64,000 nucleotides of DNA from an uncultured Candidatus Saccharibacteria bacterium (GCA_964360585.1 CAYHXC010000001.1:21907-85906); one strand, 5' to 3'. Positions 18,283-26,040 are shown, counted from the stretch's first letter. Program-made: numbers and translations. Notes: generated by a model from the sequence alone, not told the origin.

Positions 18283-18344
18283 CGATCGTCCGAATGACCA
18301 TTTAATAGTCTAACATTTTCACACTTTTGTCAATCCAAGAGAAA

Positions 18345-18370
18345 TAAAAAAGCCAGGAGATGTCTCCTGG
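18345..18370 (-). terminator. Terminator hairpin (agccaggagacatctcctggct) downstream of the 18377..19057 gene
   Basis: 10-bp perfect stem flanked by A/T runs. Confidence 0.55.
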
Positions 18371-18376
18371 CTTGAG

Positions 18377-19057
18377 CTACTGAAAAGTCTTCTGAATTGC
18401 GAGGTTGCCCCCATATCCCATGGGGAAGCTGATATAGGCTTCCGGGAGTAGTGAAAATCCTTTGCCAAGTGGAACTTGCAAACCACCGCTCACTTTCCCT
18501 CCGGGTAAGGCTTGATGGAAATCTTTACTCATTGGCTGACTCGTACCAGCGGCTCCGCCTTCACCCACCGAGACATCGCCACTGAAACCACCTTCAACAT
18601 CAAATCCACCTACACCGATCCGAAAAACGAAGGCTAACTGTCGCCACAGTCTCAAGGTCACTTCAGGACCAATAGTCCCTCCGATCATCCGAGCTTTTGT
18701 TCTTCCTTCGGCTTTTCCGTCGGGAAAAGGAGAGTACTTGGCCGCTGTTTCCCTATCCTTCCACGCCCCATCCCCCGAGACACTGCCGTAGGAAGCTTCA
18801 ACAACTCCGGCTAGGGCCCACCAGTTTCCCTGGAGCACGTAGGCTTTCACTCGAACCGAAGCCGAGTACCCCGACATCGTCGGATACTCATCAATCTTTG
18901 CGATGTCGAAGAACCAGTTAGGGATTTGATTCCACGAGGCATCGATCCCAACACTGAATCTCCCTCCGGCAATCCGTTCCACAACTTGGTTACTGTCCGC
19001 GTGAGCTTGCGAGGAGAGCAAGGCAACCATCAGCCCAACCACCAACCATTGCTTCAT
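18377..19057 (-). CDS. Hypothetical secreted Gly-rich protein with signal peptide (possible beta-barrel/porin-like), GC-rich
   Basis: 226 aa. Signal peptide MKQWLVVGLMVALLSSQAHA, alternating Gly/aromatic pattern, C-terminal aromatic residue. GC content is clearly above the window average. Confidence 0.4.
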   Translation of the reverse strand: MKQWLVVGLMVALLSSQAHADSNQVVERIAGGRFSVGIDASWNQIPNWFFDIAKIDEYPTMSGYSASVRVKAYVLQGNWWALAGVVEASYGSVSGDGAWKDRETAAKYSPFPDGKAEGRTKARMIGGTIGPEVTLRLWRQLAFVFRIGVGGFDVEGGFSGDVSVGEGGAAGTSQPMSKDFHQALPGGKVSGGLQVPLGKGFSLLPEAYISFPMGYGGNLAIQKTFQ

Positions 19058-19132
19058 AGAAGCCTCCCTATCTACTCAATTTAGACAACGTTCTGAGAAA
19101 GGAGTCTATAGAAGCCCCGGGGAAAAGTAAAC

Positions 19133-19258
19133 CCCTACACCTAATGAGAAAAATAAAGCAACGTAGCTTTGAGTACAGGAACTATTTACCAATGAGAAAG
19201 TCGCCAATTCTACCAAGTTTTGTCGTTTTAGAACGACTATTTCTTATTAGGTGTGGGG
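19133..19258. mobile_element. MITE-like element, family A (TIR CCCCTACACCTAATGAGAAA / TTCTTATTAGGTGTGGGG)
   Basis: ~19-bp inverted repeats flank ~90 bp with an internal hairpin. A second copy with a perfect TIR lies at 46184-46316. Confidence 0.5.
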
Positions 19259-19278
19259 TAAAGTCGAAAATGAAGCAC

Positions 19279-19707
19279 CTAACGCTGCGCATCCAATGCC
19301 TGGTTCACCATCTTATCGGCTACTTTATTAAGCTCGCGCGGAATGTGTTTGAACGTTACCTTCTTAAAATCCAAACGTAAATTCCAGATCTCCATAAAAT
19401 ACAGTTGGAGTTTTTCGTCTTCGATCTTATAGATCGCATTCATCTGTTTCACGATCAACTCCGAGTCCATGCGCACCTCGACTTCCGTCTGCTTCGCTTT
19501 CGTTTTCCCGAGAAGTTGTTTGGCTTTTTTAAGCGCAAAAACTAAAGCCAAGTATTCTGCTTGATTATTAGTCATCACCCCCAAATACTCGCCGTATTCT
19601 TTTCCGCCTACCACCGCGCCCAAAGCCGCCGGCCCGGGATTACCTCTACTGCCACCGTCTGTGTAAATTATGAGCTTCGATTCAGTATTAAATAGTTGAG
19701 AGTTCAT
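19279..19707 (-). CDS. rnhA: Ribonuclease HI
   Basis: 142 aa, IYTDGGSRGNPGPAALGAV...NNQAEYLALVFAL...; RNase H type 1 catalytic DEDD residues present. Confidence 0.85.
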   Translation of the reverse strand: MNSQLFNTESKLIIYTDGGSRGNPGPAALGAVVGGKEYGEYLGVMTNNQAEYLALVFALKKAKQLLGKTKAKQTEVEVRMDSELIVKQMNAIYKIEDEKLQLYFMEIWNLRLDFKKVTFKHIPRELNKVADKMVNQALDAQR

Positions 19708-19719
19708 AATTTATAAATT

Positions 19720-20175
19720 CGAAATACTAATATCGAAATCCGAAACAATGTTTAAATTCATAAATTCAAATATCATTTTGATTTCTGCAAGATAGCTCCA
19801 AAAATCATCATTAATTCAGTTGATTCTTGGACTAAATCATTCCACTCTTTGACAAGAATAGTATCTATCTGAGTTTCTAACAAATTCAGCCAATATCTGC
19901 TTTCTTTTGCTTCTTTTCGAGAAATTTTAATACGCATCAAAAAATCTTTCTTGCTTAAAGCCTCATTCGCCTCTATATAGTTTGCACCAACAGATCCCGA
20001 AGAACGAACTAATTGCTTAATATCATCAATACTGGCAATACCTTTCGGCAGCTTCTTAACAAAACTTCTTACTTGTTTTGCAAAATCAAATGTTCTTTTC
20101 TCAAGATCATATTGTTTTGTATTTCGTACTTCGCTCATTTGAATTTGTTTCGATTTTCGTGCTTCGAATTTCGTA
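19720..20175. mobile_element. IVS-like stem-loop cassette carrying a four-helix-bundle gene
   Basis: Flanks cgaaatactaatatcgaaatccgaaacaatg (19720-19750) and tgtttcgattttcgtgcttcgaatttcg (20145-20172) are mutually complementary. Both are homologous to the stem inside rnpB (17531-17638). Confidence 0.4.
19773..20138 (-). CDS. Four-helix-bundle protein (23S rRNA intervening-sequence protein family, TIGR02436-like)
   Basis: 121 aa, ...GSVGANYIEANEALSKKDFLMRIKISRKEAKESRYWL... is the family signature. Confidence 0.75.
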   Translation of the reverse strand: MSEVRNTKQYDLEKRTFDFAKQVRSFVKKLPKGIASIDDIKQLVRSSGSVGANYIEANEALSKKDFLMRIKISRKEAKESRYWLNLLETQIDTILVKEWNDLVQESTELMMIFGAILQKSK

Positions 20176-20176
20176 T

Positions 20177-20788
20177 TTATCTTCCTAAAAGCTTTAGGAA
20201 GATCTGGTAGGTTGTTCTCGCATCATCAATCGCTCGATGCGCTCGTCCGCGATCAACTCCGAAATAATCAGCCATCTCCCGCAAAGAATAACGAGTGATT
20301 GCTGGTTCGTCCCTCAACATAAACCATCCCAAGGTAAATGTATCCAGTGGTTTATAAAAATAGTTGCTCTTCAAACCGTGCTCAAAAAGTGCTTTTTCGA
20401 GATGCAAGATATCTTTAGAAACATTCTGCCCGACCAAAATGACATCCTTGGTATAGCGCAAAAATTCCTGAAGCCCAGCTTTCATTTCCACTCCTTCCTT
20501 GGCCCACTCCTCGGGATCGTAGCCGCTAATCTCCAACCCATGCGGGTCGGCATTTTCAATGTGCTCCGGCTTCAGCTTAATATCTCGCTCGTGCAAAACA
20601 TCAAATGTTCCGGCTTTAACCTTCATCAAGCCTATCTCGGTTAATTCATGATCAAATCGGAGACCGGTAAACTCGCAATCAAAAAAAACGAGATCCCTCT
20701 CTTGCATTAATGGCTCTATTTCTGGAGTTGTGTTGTTTTCACTTAAATCAATATCGGACATGTGCTCATTCTCCCTCTTTTCCTTCAT
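20177..20788 (-). CDS. DEDDh 3'-5' exonuclease (DnaQ/epsilon-like)
   Basis: 203 aa, Exo I FFDCEFTGL and Exo III HRAIDDARTT motifs. Confidence 0.7.
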   Translation of the reverse strand: MKEKRENEHMSDIDLSENNTTPEIEPLMQERDLVFFDCEFTGLRFDHELTEIGLMKVKAGTFDVLHERDIKLKPEHIENADPHGLEISGYDPEEWAKEGVEMKAGLQEFLRYTKDVILVGQNVSKDILHLEKALFEHGLKSNYFYKPLDTFTLGWFMLRDEPAITRYSLREMADYFGVDRGRAHRAIDDARTTYQIFLKLLGR

Positions 20789-20853
20789 TTAGACAACTTC
20801 TGCGTTATAACACTGTTCGCCCTTCGATATACTCAGGACTTCGGCCTGTTTTT

Positions 20854-22620
20854 TTAGATAACTTCAGCATTGTAACAGGCCTCGCAATACACAATTTCTG
20901 GACGATCTGGGGCGTAAGAGGTTTCAAATGTGTTCGGACAAGAATCGGTTCCGTGAAAATGCGCCGCGGTATTTTTGTACACTTCATTTTTGGAAGTTGG
21001 CCCACCGCAAAGACATTCGCGCGACCAAAGCTGAAACGGATTGCGTAGTAGTGTTCGAGATTTATGACGGCAGAAGAAGCAGCGACGTGGCAAAGGAATC
21101 TGCATCCGTTTATAAAATTGCAGTTCCTGCGGCACAATCCGATAGTTCCGACCACAATCCTTACATGCCAAGATTTCTTTGAGAATATCTTCGTTCACAT
21201 CTCGAATAGCATCCGGAAGATCTTCCGACTGAATCGTTTCCTTTCCAGTCGTGACCGATACTTCCTTTCTCCAGTTAAAGTTTTTCTTCTGGGCCTCATC
21301 CTGAGTCAAGGGGAAATGATCGGTTGCCACGCTTTCGTTATACCCAAAATAAGACAGCTCCGATGGGAAAAATTCTCCGAACTTGTAACTCACGCCATTC
21401 TTGTCAACATACGGCATCTCATCCATGTGCGCTTTAATCTTCGGGAGAAGAGTCTCGTACTCTTCCTTGGAATACTCTTTATTCAAAATACAGTACTTCG
21501 CTTTTTTCAAACCGACACAGCCAAAAACGTTTTCTGACGAATGACAACCGTCCACATAATAGTAATCGCGATTTTTCCAGGAAAAGATCGCAAAGCGGCC
21601 AAGGTAGGTGTTATCTGGAGTGATCCCCTCGTAAGCAAGTTCTAGCTCCCCTCCGACATACAGGTCATAGCAATTCCTGGGAGTATCCGAACTCTCTACA
21701 TATCGAGAGTCTTCGGCTCGCTGAGCCAGGAAACAGTCTTTAGTATTTTTAGCATTTGATAAGTAATCGCCCGTTGAGTTCACCGTGTTTCGAAAGATGG
21801 CAAACTTTCTTGGCATTGTCTGTAGCATTGGAGCAAATTCTTCCTTGGCCCGCTCCATGCCCGAGTATGTATCAAGTGCATATTCCTTTAGAATCTTTTC
21901 GTACTCCTCTTTCGAGTACTGCTTATTTTTGAAACAGTATCGCTTATGCCGCAACCCAACACACATAAAACTGTCCGAACAGTCACGACAGTCGTACATG
22001 AAAGCAGAATCTGAAACTGCTACCGAATAATACACATACTTCGACTGATAGCAGTTCTCAATGAAAATTCCTTCGTACACAAAACTATTTGCATCAACGA
22101 CGTTTAGACAGTCAACTAAATTTTCTCCGCTCACCAGATAGTAACTATACATACAGTCCTCCAACTTCCAGGCGATAAATACCATGTAGCAGTTCTTGGA
22201 TCGGGCAAAATCCTGGTTGTACTCACAGTTCACACTTCCACCTAGTAAGCCGTTATCATTCGCGAGCGCAATGATCGGTACTTGTTGTTGCAACTCTCGG
22301 AACTGGGTAAAAAAAGGTTTCGAGAAATCGTACTCCCGAGCGTAGTCCTTAGGGTCCCATTTATCCGACCACCAACATTTTACACAGTAAACAGTAAGCC
22401 CCGATTCGGGAGAGTAGATGGAAACAGTGCTTTTCTTGCACAAATCACACGGCCGAGAATACAGATTCATATCGTTCCGCCAGGTTAGGCGGCGTTGCTT
22501 ACGACATGCCGGACAAAATGTCGGTGAAGGAACCGCCATCTTTTTGTAGAAATCGAAGTCTTGAGCCTCGATTACAAAAGGGTTCTGACAGTTCTGACAT
22601 TGTTTAGTTTCTAGGGTCAT
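20854..22620 (-). CDS. Large cysteine-rich protein, paralog A (tandem zinc-ribbon-like CxxC pairs at both termini, Cys-containing repeat core); family not recognised
   Basis: 588 aa, about 31 Cys. N-terminus CQNC..(x17)..CPAC..(x15)..CDLC..(x14)..CVKC. C-terminus CKDC...CFFC...CLC...CEAC. The internal YSKEEYE linker occurs twice. About 45% identical to the 23407..25188 product. Confidence 0.6.
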   Translation of the reverse strand: MTLETKQCQNCQNPFVIEAQDFDFYKKMAVPSPTFCPACRKQRRLTWRNDMNLYSRPCDLCKKSTVSIYSPESGLTVYCVKCWWSDKWDPKDYAREYDFSKPFFTQFRELQQQVPIIALANDNGLLGGSVNCEYNQDFARSKNCYMVFIAWKLEDCMYSYYLVSGENLVDCLNVVDANSFVYEGIFIENCYQSKYVYYSVAVSDSAFMYDCRDCSDSFMCVGLRHKRYCFKNKQYSKEEYEKILKEYALDTYSGMERAKEEFAPMLQTMPRKFAIFRNTVNSTGDYLSNAKNTKDCFLAQRAEDSRYVESSDTPRNCYDLYVGGELELAYEGITPDNTYLGRFAIFSWKNRDYYYVDGCHSSENVFGCVGLKKAKYCILNKEYSKEEYETLLPKIKAHMDEMPYVDKNGVSYKFGEFFPSELSYFGYNESVATDHFPLTQDEAQKKNFNWRKEVSVTTGKETIQSEDLPDAIRDVNEDILKEILACKDCGRNYRIVPQELQFYKRMQIPLPRRCFFCRHKSRTLLRNPFQLWSRECLCGGPTSKNEVYKNTAAHFHGTDSCPNTFETSYAPDRPEIVYCEACYNAEVI

Positions 22621-22827
22621 GGTTTTTGTCCCGACGTTATATTTATAAAAAGAGTGTCGAAGTCGGGATCCTCTATTGTATCTCCTGCGAAACAGGATCT
22701 ATACAATCGGGACAATTCTGGCACTGACGAGCTTGCCCTGAGCTTGCTCGCAGTGAGGAGTTCGGCTGAGGCTCACTCGAAGTCCTTGTCAAACCTGTCG
22801 AATGGGTTTCTGAGTTCATGTTCTCTT

Positions 22828-22849
22828 ATTCGCGCGAATTAGAGTATAG
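22828..22849. promoter_or_regulatory. Near-perfect ~22-bp palindrome CTCTTATTCGCGCGAATTAGAG (ArsR-operator-like), just 3' of arsR-A and 5' of Cys-rich gene A
   Basis: Core TTCGCGCGAA is a perfect palindrome; the arms are ctcttat/attagag. Related sites at 23124-23145, 25191-25212 and 26041-26062. Confidence 0.5.
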
Positions 22850-23099
22850 AGATAATTTGTTTTCCTACTGGGTGGGCGGATCCACTAAGCTGGTAAAACA
22901 CCTGCAAACTTTTCTGTTCTCGTTCGACCAGATCACAGGCGGCCAAAATCGTAAGATGTTTGGAGGTCGCTTTGAAAGAAAGATTGATTTCTCCAGCGAT
23001 CTCTCCGACCGTGCCTTGCTTATTATTTTTCAGATATTTCAGCATAGCTAATCGCCGACGGTTGGCTAAAGCTTTTAAAACCTTCTCTAAGTCTTTCAT
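22839..23099 (-). CDS. arsR: ArsR/SmtB-family winged-helix transcriptional regulator
   Basis: 86 aa, LKALANRRRLAMLKYL...GTVGEIAGEINLSFKATSKHLTILAACDLV is the ArsR HTH core. Confidence 0.7.
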   Translation of the reverse strand: MKDLEKVLKALANRRRLAMLKYLKNNKQGTVGEIAGEINLSFKATSKHLTILAACDLVEREQKSLQVFYQLSGSAHPVGKQIISIL

Positions 23100-23123
23100 G
23101 GTTTGCCCCAGTATACCATATTC

Positions 23124-23145
23124 TTTAATTCGCTCGAATTAGAGA
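23124..23145. promoter_or_regulatory. Palindromic site CTTTAATTCGCTCGAATTAGAG ~25 bp upstream of arsR-A start
   Basis: Imperfect copy of the TTCGCGCGAA-centred palindrome. Confidence 0.45.
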
Positions 23146-23405
23146 ATATGAAAGTCTTTAAAGTGTTGCAACTCACCTCTTTCTTCAATGACATTTTCCA
23201 CGCGAGCATGCCACGGTCCCCGCCTGGCCCACTTAATTAGTTTTTGAATGGCTTCTTCTTCCCCTTCCGCTTCGATTTTTACCGATCCATCGTTAAGATT
23301 CATCGCGTAACCATGCAAGCCTAGCTCTCTCGCAACTCTCCTCGTCGACTGTCGGAAAGACACACCCTGCACTTTCCCTGAAACAATTAATGTAACGTGC
23401 TCCAT
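23139..23405 (-). CDS. acyP: Acylphosphatase
   Basis: 88 aa, VSGKVQGVSFRQSTRRVARELGLHGYAMNLNDGSV is the acylphosphatase signature. Confidence 0.8.
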   Translation of the reverse strand: MEHVTLIVSGKVQGVSFRQSTRRVARELGLHGYAMNLNDGSVKIEAEGEEEAIQKLIKWARRGPWHARVENVIEERGELQHFKDFHIL

Positions 23406-23406
23406 A

Positions 23407-25188
23407 CTAGACTACTTCAGCGTTGTAACACTGCTCGCAGTAGATAATCTCCGGTCGATCAGGCGCATGGGAAGTTTCGAACTGATTAGGGCAGGAGTCG
23501 TTTCCATGAAAGTGTTGGACGGTATTGGTATATTTTTTCGAACCTACCCCTTCACACATGCACTTTCTTGACCAGGTTCGGAATGGATTCCTCATCAACA
23601 ACCTCTCATCGAAACGGCAGTTCGGACACAATCTGGGAAGCGGAATGCGAAGTCTGCGATAAAATTCTAATTCAGTCGCTGTAATTCGATAAGCTCCGGG
23701 ACACTGTCCTTGGCACTTTCCTTCATGAGCGCAACCTAATACTTCTTCCGTGACAGAATCAGGAACTTCTTCGATAGTATCCGGTAGATCGTTAAACGTT
23801 TTCGTAATTTGATACTCATACTTCTCTGGCTCTTTATAGAGATAGCCCTTCTTTTCCACTTCTGAGACATTGAGTGGAAATGACTCCTGAGCAGTCGTTA
23901 CGTTATAGCCAAACGGGGAAAGTTCTATCGGGAAAAATTCGCCAAATCGATATGAAGCACCGTTTTTATCGATATAAGGCACACTGTTCATTTGCTCAAT
24001 AATTTCTTGGCGAAGTTTTTTATACTCTTCTTCCGAATACTGTTTATTGAGAATGCAAAACTTTCGCTTCTTAAGACTCACGGTTCCAAAACAATCTTGA
24101 TCTCCGATCGCAAAGATACTGTAATCAACGTTATGAGAATTTGTTAGCGCAAACCAGCTGAAGCGAATACGGGAAGATTGGTTTCCACACTGGAGAGTTT
24201 CATACATGAGGTCGGCAGCAATTCCATAATGAGTAAAATCATAAACGTTTGTCGTTTTCCCAGGAGTGACTAAGGAACAATAGCGGCTATCCTCCATATC
24301 GTTAGCTACGAAACTATTTTTTGTATTTTTACAGTTGTAGATATAGTCCCCTGAAACATTGGATCCATGACGTTCGTGAATAAACTTTTGAGGGAATTTC
24401 TGCCAAGCCTCATGCACTTGGTTTTTTATCTTACTAACGTTGTCGTGCGCATTAAGTCCAAATTCCCTTATTTTGTTTTCATACTCTTCTTTGGAATATG
24501 GTTGGTTAAAAATATGGTAATTCTGATTTCTCAAATTGACACATCCAAAACAATTACTGCAACCAACACAATTCTTAGAAAACCAGACGTCGGTGCATCC
24601 CTCACAATCGAGAGAAAAGTTCGTTCTGTAACATTTTTGACAATTAACATTTTCATAACATAACTCACAGTTATTAATCATGAGATTATCAACGCAATCT
24701 TTACTGCCAGAGTTCATACTGCCATAGAGGCAATTTTCACTTTCATCACTGTGGAAAAGCATATAGCAATTTTTCAGATACGAGGCCATATTCACATAAT
24801 CAGAATTCTCGAGGGTGTGATAGACGCCAAAAAGAGACATCACTGGTGTCTTTTCTAGCAGTTGGCGAAGCTGAATAAAAAATGGTTTTGATGGATCGAA
24901 ATCCGTCCCATAATCAAGACCGTCCCAATCGTCACTCCACCAGCAAGGCCGACAATACACGGTGAGTTTCGAATCCGCGGCAAAAACAGAAATCATAGAT
25001 TTCCCACACTTGTCACACTTCCTTTTATAAAGACCGCGTTCATTTCTCCAAGCAAGACGCCGTTGTAAACGGCACTCCGGACACCAGGTCGGCGGTGGAA
25101 CTTCTATTTTTTTATAAAAATCAAAATCTTCCGGTTCGATCGTGAACTGTTGTTTACAGTTTTGGCAGTTTTTTGTTTCCTGAGTCAT
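23407..25188 (-). CDS. Large cysteine-rich protein, paralog B (same architecture as 20854..22620)
   Basis: 593 aa, about 36 Cys. N-terminus CQNC...CPEC...CDKC...CRPC. Dense NC..C/GC repeats in the middle. C-terminus ...CPNC...CMC...CEQCYNAEVV, co-linear with paralog A. Confidence 0.6.
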   Translation of the reverse strand: MTQETKNCQNCKQQFTIEPEDFDFYKKIEVPPPTWCPECRLQRRLAWRNERGLYKRKCDKCGKSMISVFAADSKLTVYCRPCWWSDDWDGLDYGTDFDPSKPFFIQLRQLLEKTPVMSLFGVYHTLENSDYVNMASYLKNCYMLFHSDESENCLYGSMNSGSKDCVDNLMINNCELCYENVNCQKCYRTNFSLDCEGCTDVWFSKNCVGCSNCFGCVNLRNQNYHIFNQPYSKEEYENKIREFGLNAHDNVSKIKNQVHEAWQKFPQKFIHERHGSNVSGDYIYNCKNTKNSFVANDMEDSRYCSLVTPGKTTNVYDFTHYGIAADLMYETLQCGNQSSRIRFSWFALTNSHNVDYSIFAIGDQDCFGTVSLKKRKFCILNKQYSEEEYKKLRQEIIEQMNSVPYIDKNGASYRFGEFFPIELSPFGYNVTTAQESFPLNVSEVEKKGYLYKEPEKYEYQITKTFNDLPDTIEEVPDSVTEEVLGCAHEGKCQGQCPGAYRITATELEFYRRLRIPLPRLCPNCRFDERLLMRNPFRTWSRKCMCEGVGSKKYTNTVQHFHGNDSCPNQFETSHAPDRPEIIYCEQCYNAEVV

Positions 25189-25190
25189 AT

Positions 25191-25212
25191 TCGTTTATTC
25201 GCACGAATTAGA
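25191..25212. promoter_or_regulatory. Palindromic site GTTTATTCGCACGAATTAGAGA between disrupted arsR-B and Cys-rich gene B
   Basis: Imperfect copy of the same palindrome. Confidence 0.45.
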
Positions 25213-25405
25213 GAAAAGTAAGGATCTGTTTTGCGGCAGGATGGAAATGAGAGCCTAATCGATAAAACACTTGAAGACTTTTTTGTTCTCGCTCCAAAAT
25301 ATCACAAACGGAAAGGATTCCCAAGTGTTTAGACGTGGCTTTGAAAGAAAGTCCGATCTCCCCCGCAATCTCTCCCACAGTTCCTTGTTTATTCTCGCTA
25401 ATACC

Positions 25406-25941
25406 TCGGCGGCTTGCCGCGAGGTTACCATATAAAAACTTATGATAGAATGGCCGCATGGGCGTAACCCGGAGTCATCACTGTGTCTACGACACGCACT
25501 ATCATGTCGTCTTTCCCGTTAAGTATCGCAAAGCTTTGCTATCAGGACCTCTCACTCAAGCGATTCTGGAAATCGCCCAGGACATAGAAGAACGGTATGA
25601 AGTCACGTTTGAGAAGATTGGCACCGATGGCAACCACATTCATATCCTGTGGGCTTTCCACCCCAAGTACAGCGCCACCGACATGGTGCGTCGGTTCAAG
25701 AGCATCACCGCTCGCGAACTCTTCCGGCGATTTCCGGAATTGCGTCGTGACTTGTGGGGAGGCGAGTTCTGGACTGATGGCTACTCCATCGCTACAGTCG
25801 GTACCGGCGGCGATTGGAAAACCGTCGAACGATATGTGGCCAACCAGGGAAAGACGACAGGGCATAACCTCCAGCTCAGACTCTGGCAGTGAGCCCAGGT
25901 GGCCATTCCGCTTCATACCCCGTCGGCTTGCCGCGGGGTGG
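25406..25941 (+). mobile_element. IS200/IS605-family insertion sequence (TnpA only) with subterminal imperfect palindromes
   Basis: Subterminal hairpins cctcggcggcttgccgcgagg (25407-25427) and cccgtcggcttgccgcggggtgg (25919-25941) bracket a single Y1-HUH transposase gene. The element interrupts arsR-B without an obvious target duplication, as expected for IS200/IS605. Confidence 0.7.
25458..25892 (+). CDS. tnpA: IS200/IS605 family transposase TnpA (Y1 HUH)
   Basis: 144 aa, HYHVVFPVKYRK...GNHIHILWAFHPKYS...ITARELFRRFPELRRDLWGGEFWTDGYSIATVG. The HUH motif (HIH) and catalytic Tyr region are present. Confidence 0.8.
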   Translation: MGVTRSHHCVYDTHYHVVFPVKYRKALLSGPLTQAILEIAQDIEERYEVTFEKIGTDGNHIHILWAFHPKYSATDMVRRFKSITARELFRRFPELRRDLWGGEFWTDGYSIATVGTGGDWKTVERYVANQGKTTGHNLQLRLWQ

Positions 25942-26040
25942 TTGATTGCCTTTCAGATATTTCAAAATGTCCAGGCGCCGGCGATTGGCTAAGGCCTTCA
26001 ACACTTTTTCCAGATCTCTCATTTTTTCAGCATACCATGT

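Larger units (their letters stand above)
17264..18303 (-). ncRNA. rnpB: RNase P RNA (bacterial type A, M1 RNA) carrying three large insertions
   Basis: Read on the minus strand, 5' to 3'.
- P1 5' strand AUGGUCAUUC.
- P2 5' strand GGACGAUCG.
- P3-position stem CCCCCCGCCCUUAG...UUAAGGGCAGGGGG, with an ORF in its loop.
- P4 5' strand GGAGGAAAGUCGGGAC, with the conserved bulged U.
- P9 hairpin GUGGUUAACGGCCAC.
- P11/12 junction AAGGGUGAAACGG.
- P15-P18 region ACUUGAGCCGGCGAGUAAUCGCCGGCCCAGAUAAAUGAUCGUCC.
- P4 3' strand ACAGAAUCCCGCUUA.
- P1 3' strand GAAUGACUGC.
P1, P2 and P4 pairings check out by hand. Confidence 0.65.
25208..26012 (-). pseudogene. arsR: ArsR-family regulator gene (arsR-B) split by an IS200/IS605 insertion (N-terminal 25 codons at 25942-26012; remainder at 25208-25405)
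   Basis: Minus strand from 26012 reads MRDLEKVLKALANRRRLDILKYLKGNQ, then enters the IS sequence. The residual frame at 25208-25405 resumes ...ENKQGTVGEIAGEIGLSFKATSKHLGILSVCDILEREQKSLQVFY. The pieces are 80-90% identical to intact arsR-A. Confidence 0.6.

Noticed and set aside
19144-19380. 78-aa plus-strand ORF starting inside MITE-A and running antisense into rnhA
   Set aside because: It overlaps the well-supported rnhA on the opposite strand. Its start lies in a repeat element.
22654-23142. Short plus-strand ORFs (62, 77 and 60 aa) across the arsR-A locus
   Set aside because: They are antisense to the well-supported arsR and acyP genes and span the palindromic operator sites. No motifs.
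20854-25188. Cys-rich paralogs as metallothioneins
   Set aside because: Cys content is about 5-6%, with recognisable CxxC zinc-ribbon pairs and a repeat core. That is far below the ~30% Cys of metallothioneins. Metal binding remains possible, but the label would be unjustified.
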